Below, in pieces: positions 60,423 through 64,000 of a stretch of DNA of 64,000 nucleotides (positions are counted from its first letter, which is position 1; the number at the start of each line of letters is the position of its first letter). A program made the position numbers and the translations under genes. The notes beneath the pieces are model-generated. The model saw only the letters and a program-made list of their open reading frames with translations. It made no database searches and was not told the origin of the DNA. The stretch comes from an uncultured Clostridia bacterium. Its GTDB lineage: Bacteria > Bacillota > Clostridia > UBA1381. Location of the stretch: assembly GCA_934487205.1 (NCBI GenBank), contig CAKSRS010000002.1, forward strand, positions 29,116 to 93,115, read 5' to 3'.

Positions 60423-61577
60423 ATGGGTAACAATATGGATTTTGCAGCCGATAATGCAGCCGCTCAGCCAACCGACGGCGCAAGAATTAAAGTAATCGGC
60501 ATAGGCGGTGGCGGAAACAACGCCGTCGACAGAATGATTGACGCAAATGTTTCCAAAGCAGAATTTATTGCCGTAAACACGGATTTGCAGCAGCTTAAAA
60601 CAGTTAAGGCTCCCGTTGCGCTTCAAATCGGGACAAGACTGACGCAGGGACTCGGCGCGGGCGCTAAACCGGAAATCGGTCAGAAAGCGGCGGAAGAAAC
60701 AGAAAGCGCCATCAAAGAACTTTTGGAAAACACCGAAATGGTATTTATTACAGCCGGCATGGGCGGCGGAACAGGTACGGGCGCAGCCCCCGTTATCGCC
60801 AAGCTTGCCAAAGACATGGGTATACTTACCGTTGCCGTTGTTACAAAGCCGTTCTTCTTTGAAGGCCCGCAAAGAGCAAGAAATGCGGAACTGGGCATCG
60901 AACAGCTTTCGACGAATGTTGACGCTATCGTTACTATCCCCAATGACTTGCTTTTGAAAACTGCGGACAAGAAAATTTCAATAAAGGATTCCTTCAAGCT
61001 GGCGGACGAAGTTCTCCGTCAGGGCGTTGCGGGTATCATTGAAGTTATCGCTCAGAACGGTATTATCAGCTGTGACTTTGCGGACGTAAGCACAATTATG
61101 CGTGATTCCGGCGTTGCACACATGGGTATCGGTATCGGCAAGGGCGAAAACGCCGCACAAGACGCAGTTCGCGCCGCTATCGAATCGCCGCTGCTTGAGA
61201 CAAGCATCTCCGGCGCACACAATGTTCTCCTTAACATCACCGGCGGAACGGAATTCTCGCTTGTTGACATGGGCGAAGTTTCTTCAATCGTACGCGAAAT
61301 GGTTTCTCAGGACGCAAACATTATCGTCGGTACTGCTGTTGATGAAAACATGAAGGACGAAATTAAGGTAACATTGATCGCAACCGGTCTTAACGCTAAA
61401 AACAAAAGAGGTATAAAGACTGATACGATTACGCCGAGCGCGCCGAAAACAACCGATTTCGGTTCGCATATTCCGACGTTTTCGGCATCGAATGATGATG
61501 ACGCAATCTTCTCGAGAACATTAAAGACAGGCATGGACAATGTAAACGTTCCTTCCTTCTTTAAACCGAAAAACTAA
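60423..61577 (+). CDS. ftsZ: Cell division GTPase FtsZ
   Basis: GIGGGGNNAV and GMGGGTGTGAAPV tubulin signatures. Confidence 0.97.
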   Translation: MGNNMDFAADNAAAQPTDGARIKVIGIGGGGNNAVDRMIDANVSKAEFIAVNTDLQQLKTVKAPVALQIGTRLTQGLGAGAKPEIGQKAAEETESAIKELLENTEMVFITAGMGGGTGTGAAPVIAKLAKDMGILTVAVVTKPFFFEGPQRARNAELGIEQLSTNVDAIVTIPNDLLLKTADKKISIKDSFKLADEVLRQGVAGIIEVIAQNGIISCDFADVSTIMRDSGVAHMGIGIGKGENAAQDAVRAAIESPLLETSISGAHNVLLNITGGTEFSLVDMGEVSSIVREMVSQDANIIVGTAVDENMKDEIKVTLIATGLNAKNKRGIKTDTITPSAPKTTDFGSHIPTFSASNDDDAIFSRTLKTGMDNVNVPSFFKPKN

Positions 61578-61704
61578 AACCACAATAAATATCCACCCGC
61601 ATAGTGCAGTTGTCAAGTAAAAGTAGACACATGGAAAACCACCGTGTATCTACTTTTATTTTACTGCTTCAAACTATCGCGCGGTTTTCTTTATATAAAA
61701 AATG

Positions 61705-61731
61705 ACCGCTGACTTTGACTTTGTCAGCGGT
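61705..61731 (-). terminator. Intrinsic terminator after the anti-sigma gene
   Basis: Minus strand ACCGCUGAC-aaagucaaa-GUCAGCGGU followed by CAUUUUUUAU. Confidence 0.6.
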
Positions 61732-61801
61732 CTGACATCGGCTATAAAGCCAATGTTTTTAATGGCAAAATGAAATTCTTCTACCACTGTATTTTTTATG
61801 T

Positions 61802-62686
61802 TCACGGAACCAATTTCCCGTTTTCCGCTTTTCCGACGGTAAATTCACATACGCCCATTGCACCCGGCGCAATTTCGTATTTGTCAAAAATCATCACGAT
61901 TTTCCCGTCATCGTTTAGATAGAAATTCGCTCTGTCGATAAGCTCCGCATACGGCATGTCAAAATCCGACCCGTCTATAAAATACATCTGCATTTCGTCA
62001 TCTTCCATACGCTTACGCGCCTGTGCGGCAACCTCATCATAAATCGCTTTTCTGTAATCATATCCGTCCTCAAACAGGTCGCCCAGTCCGATTATTTTTT
62101 CATTCTTTTTATCAACAGTGAAACATTTGTTGAACTCCTGCGTGCTCGCCATCGAAATCGTCGTCCAAACCTTTATCGTGAAATAATTGTCATTGTCCGC
62201 AAGAACATCATACTTCGTATTCATCGCAAACTTCGCCGACATGCTGTCCGGCGCATCTTCGTCCGGCGCAAAGGAGTCGCGGTCCTTCTCATATGCCGCA
62301 ATAATTCCGCCGACATATTCATCAATCCGCTTATTCAATTCCTCGCCCACACTGCCGAGATTTTTTATCTCCGGCACTTCAACGTCTGCGCTTATAAACC
62401 CGTGTTTGTCCTCATATGTTCTGAATGTCACGACCCGCACTAAGCCGCCGATTACCGGCATATCCTGCATCGCGTACGCAATTCCGGAATTTATGTTCGG
62501 CAGTATCACAAGTATCCCGAGCGCCGCCGCAAGCGCGCCCGTCGTTATTCTTAATCCCGCAAGACGTCTGTTTTTCTTGAATTTTTCAGCAATTTTCGTT
62601 TTCAATTCCCTGTTCATCTCCTCCGTCGGCTCACCGCTGTATTTCAGTGCCGACCTTATCTCGCTGTCCAGTCTGATTTCCGTCAT
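61802..62686 (-). CDS. RsiV-like anti-sigma factor (DUF4163/DUF3298 ectodomain)
   Basis: It has a TM segment (ALAAALGILVILP). The C-terminus FYLNDDGKIVMIFDKYEIAPGAMGVCEFTV is typical of DUF3298. The start is either ATG 62686 or ATG 62692. Confidence 0.7.
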   Translation of the reverse strand: MTEIRLDSEIRSALKYSGEPTEEMNRELKTKIAEKFKKNRRLAGLRITTGALAAALGILVILPNINSGIAYAMQDMPVIGGLVRVVTFRTYEDKHGFISADVEVPEIKNLGSVGEELNKRIDEYVGGIIAAYEKDRDSFAPDEDAPDSMSAKFAMNTKYDVLADNDNYFTIKVWTTISMASTQEFNKCFTVDKKNEKIIGLGDLFEDGYDYRKAIYDEVAAQARKRMEDDEMQMYFIDGSDFDMPYAELIDRANFYLNDDGKIVMIFDKYEIAPGAMGVCEFTVGKAENGKLVP

Positions 62687-63194
62687 ATTCATATTCCTCC
62701 AATCTTTGCTTTATCTCGGCGCGCGCCGAAAATAATCTGCTTTTTACCGTCCCTTCGGATATCTTTTCCGCCTCGGCAATCTCCCGAACCGACATTCCCG
62801 CATTATAATACATCAGCACAACCACGCGATGTTTTTCACCCAGTGCCGCAACCGCCTTCCGGATAACCTCGCGCCGCTCCTTTTCTATTATTTCCTCCTG
62901 CAAATCGGACGATGAATGTACGCTCCTGAGTTCTTCTTCATCGGCACGCGGCGCTATTCTGCTGCGTACCGCATGCTTTTTTCTTCCGTTTTTCCATACC
63001 GAAACAGCTATCGACATTAAAAATGCTTTCGGATTTTTGTCCTTATCAATGCGTTGCGCCATCTCTGCTGCCTTTAAAAATGTGTCTTGATACAACTCCG
63101 CAAGCTCCTCCGCGTCATGCGCAAGCCCGGCGCAAAATCCGTACACATCATTTCCGTAATCGTCGGTAAGCTTTGCAAATTCCGACATGTTCAT
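62631..63194 (-). CDS. ECF sigma factor (SigV-like)
   Basis: The start is taken at ATG 63194 (GGGAGG RBS). The region 4 HTH reads MSVREIAEAEKISEGTVKSRL. Confidence 0.8.
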   Translation of the reverse strand: MNMSEFAKLTDDYGNDVYGFCAGLAHDAEELAELYQDTFLKAAEMAQRIDKDKNPKAFLMSIAVSVWKNGRKKHAVRSRIAPRADEEELRSVHSSSDLQEEIIEKERREVIRKAVAALGEKHRVVVLMYYNAGMSVREIAEAEKISEGTVKSRLFSARAEIKQRLEEYEYDGNQTGQRDKVGTEIQR

Positions 63195-63321
63195 ACGCTT
63201 TCCGCCTCCCTTCATCTATATATTTTCCCGTAATGCGACATGGTTCATTTTGATCTTGTTTTCGGCTAAAAAAAACAGACGGAATCCTCAACGTACCCCC
63301 GTCTGTTATATAAAATTTCAT

Positions 63322-63510
63322 TTAATACTGCGGACCGTCCGGCATAATAAGCGCCGCCACGATATAAATAAGAAGTCCCGAACCGAACCCCAAAATCAGC
63401 AGCACCGCTATCAGGCGCACTATCGTGGAATCCATATCGAAATATTCCGCAATTCCGCCGCACACCCCCGCAATTTTTTTATCTGTTTGTGATTTATATA
63501 ACTTTTTCAT
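63322..63510 (-). CDS. PspC-domain membrane protein
   Basis: 62 aa. [36 protein letters not shown] is a PspC domain. Confidence 0.85.
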   Translation of the reverse strand: MKKLYKSQTDKKIAGVCGGIAEYFDMDSTIVRLIAVLLILGFGSGLLIYIVAALIMPDGPQY

Positions 63511-63539
63511 GCTCCCGCACTCCTATTTCCGCCGTATAA

Positions 63540-64000
63540 TTACAATTTTTCTATCTTATCCGCCACGCCGTCAAGCCAATCGCCGTCGAACAGCTCAATC
63601 ATGCCGCTGTCGCACGCCGCCGCCAGTTTCGGATTTATCGGCAGTTTTGCAACCGTATCAACGCTATACTGTTTCGCCAGCTCATCAATATGGCTCTCGC
63701 CGAATATGCTGTGCTTTTCATGACACGACGGACACTCAAAATATGACATATTTTCGACCAGTCCGAGCACCGGGATATCAAGCATTTCCGCCATCTTTAC
63801 CGCTTTTTCCACAATCATGCCGACAAGCTCCTGCGGTGACGCCACAACGATTATTCCGTCAAGCGGAAGGGATTGGAACACCGTCAGCGGTACGTCGCCC
63901 GTTCCCGGCGGCATATCCACGAACATGAAGTCTACGTCCTTCCAGATAACCTCCGTCCAGAACTGCTTTACCGTTCCCGCAATCACCGGCCCGCGCCATA
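63540..64000 (-). CDS. Mrp/NBP35-family Fe-S cluster carrier ATPase; the 5' end runs off the window
   Basis: DMPPGTGDVPLTV and the CPSC motif. The frame stays open to position 64000. Confidence 0.85.
   Translation of the reverse strand, partial: WRGPVIAGTVKQFWTEVIWKDVDFMFVDMPPGTGDVPLTVFQSLPLDGIIVVASPQELVGMIVEKAVKMAEMLDIPVLGLVENMSYFECPSCHEKHSIFGESHIDELAKQYSVDTVAKLPINPKLAAACDSGMIELFDGDWLDGVADKIEKL

Overview
This 64-kb window comes from a spore-forming Firmicute, probably Clostridia-like, and it splits into two parts. From about 24.1 kb to 64 kb the sequence is visibly GC-richer, conserved core chromosome. It carries cotJA-cotJB-cotJC, a prsA-like foldase, mfd, pth, a GlmU C-terminal-only acetyltransferase, ribF, truB, alaS, an XRE regulator, an HtrA protease, an ECF sigma/anti-sigma pair and an L,D-transpeptidase. 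It continues with dusB, feoAB, a glycogen cluster (glgA, glgP, GH13 and a large GH), rpsR-ssb-rpsF, ylxM-ffh-rpsP-KH-rimM-trmD, murA, ftsQ, ftsZ, a SigV/RsiV-like pair, pspC and mrp. Positions 1 to about 24.1 kb are AT-rich accessory DNA. This part holds a pectin/rhamnogalacturonan esterase-hydrolase cluster and IS256 and IS3 remnants. It also holds a mosaic cassette region (6.9-13.5 kb) built around a repeated, promoter-dense, apparently non-coding 0.67-0.84-kb module. The mosaic also contains dinD/Bro-N remnants, a Phd/RelE pair and an AbrB-like gene next to an AlbA_2-type gene. A RepA_N plasmid-like replication module follows. Finally, an 8.4-kb element carrying a large serine recombinase splits the sporulation gene cotJC in frame. 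The two most interesting signals are the repeated RNA-like module and the split cotJC. The module has three consensus sigma-A promoters per copy, strand-specific compensatory substitutions, and an 18-nt hypervariable segment between conserved hairpins. The cotJC-intervening element resembles the skin element. No rRNA, tRNA or CRISPR array was seen. All coordinates were derived by hand, so small features may be off by a few nt, and family assignments rest on recognised motifs rather than searches.
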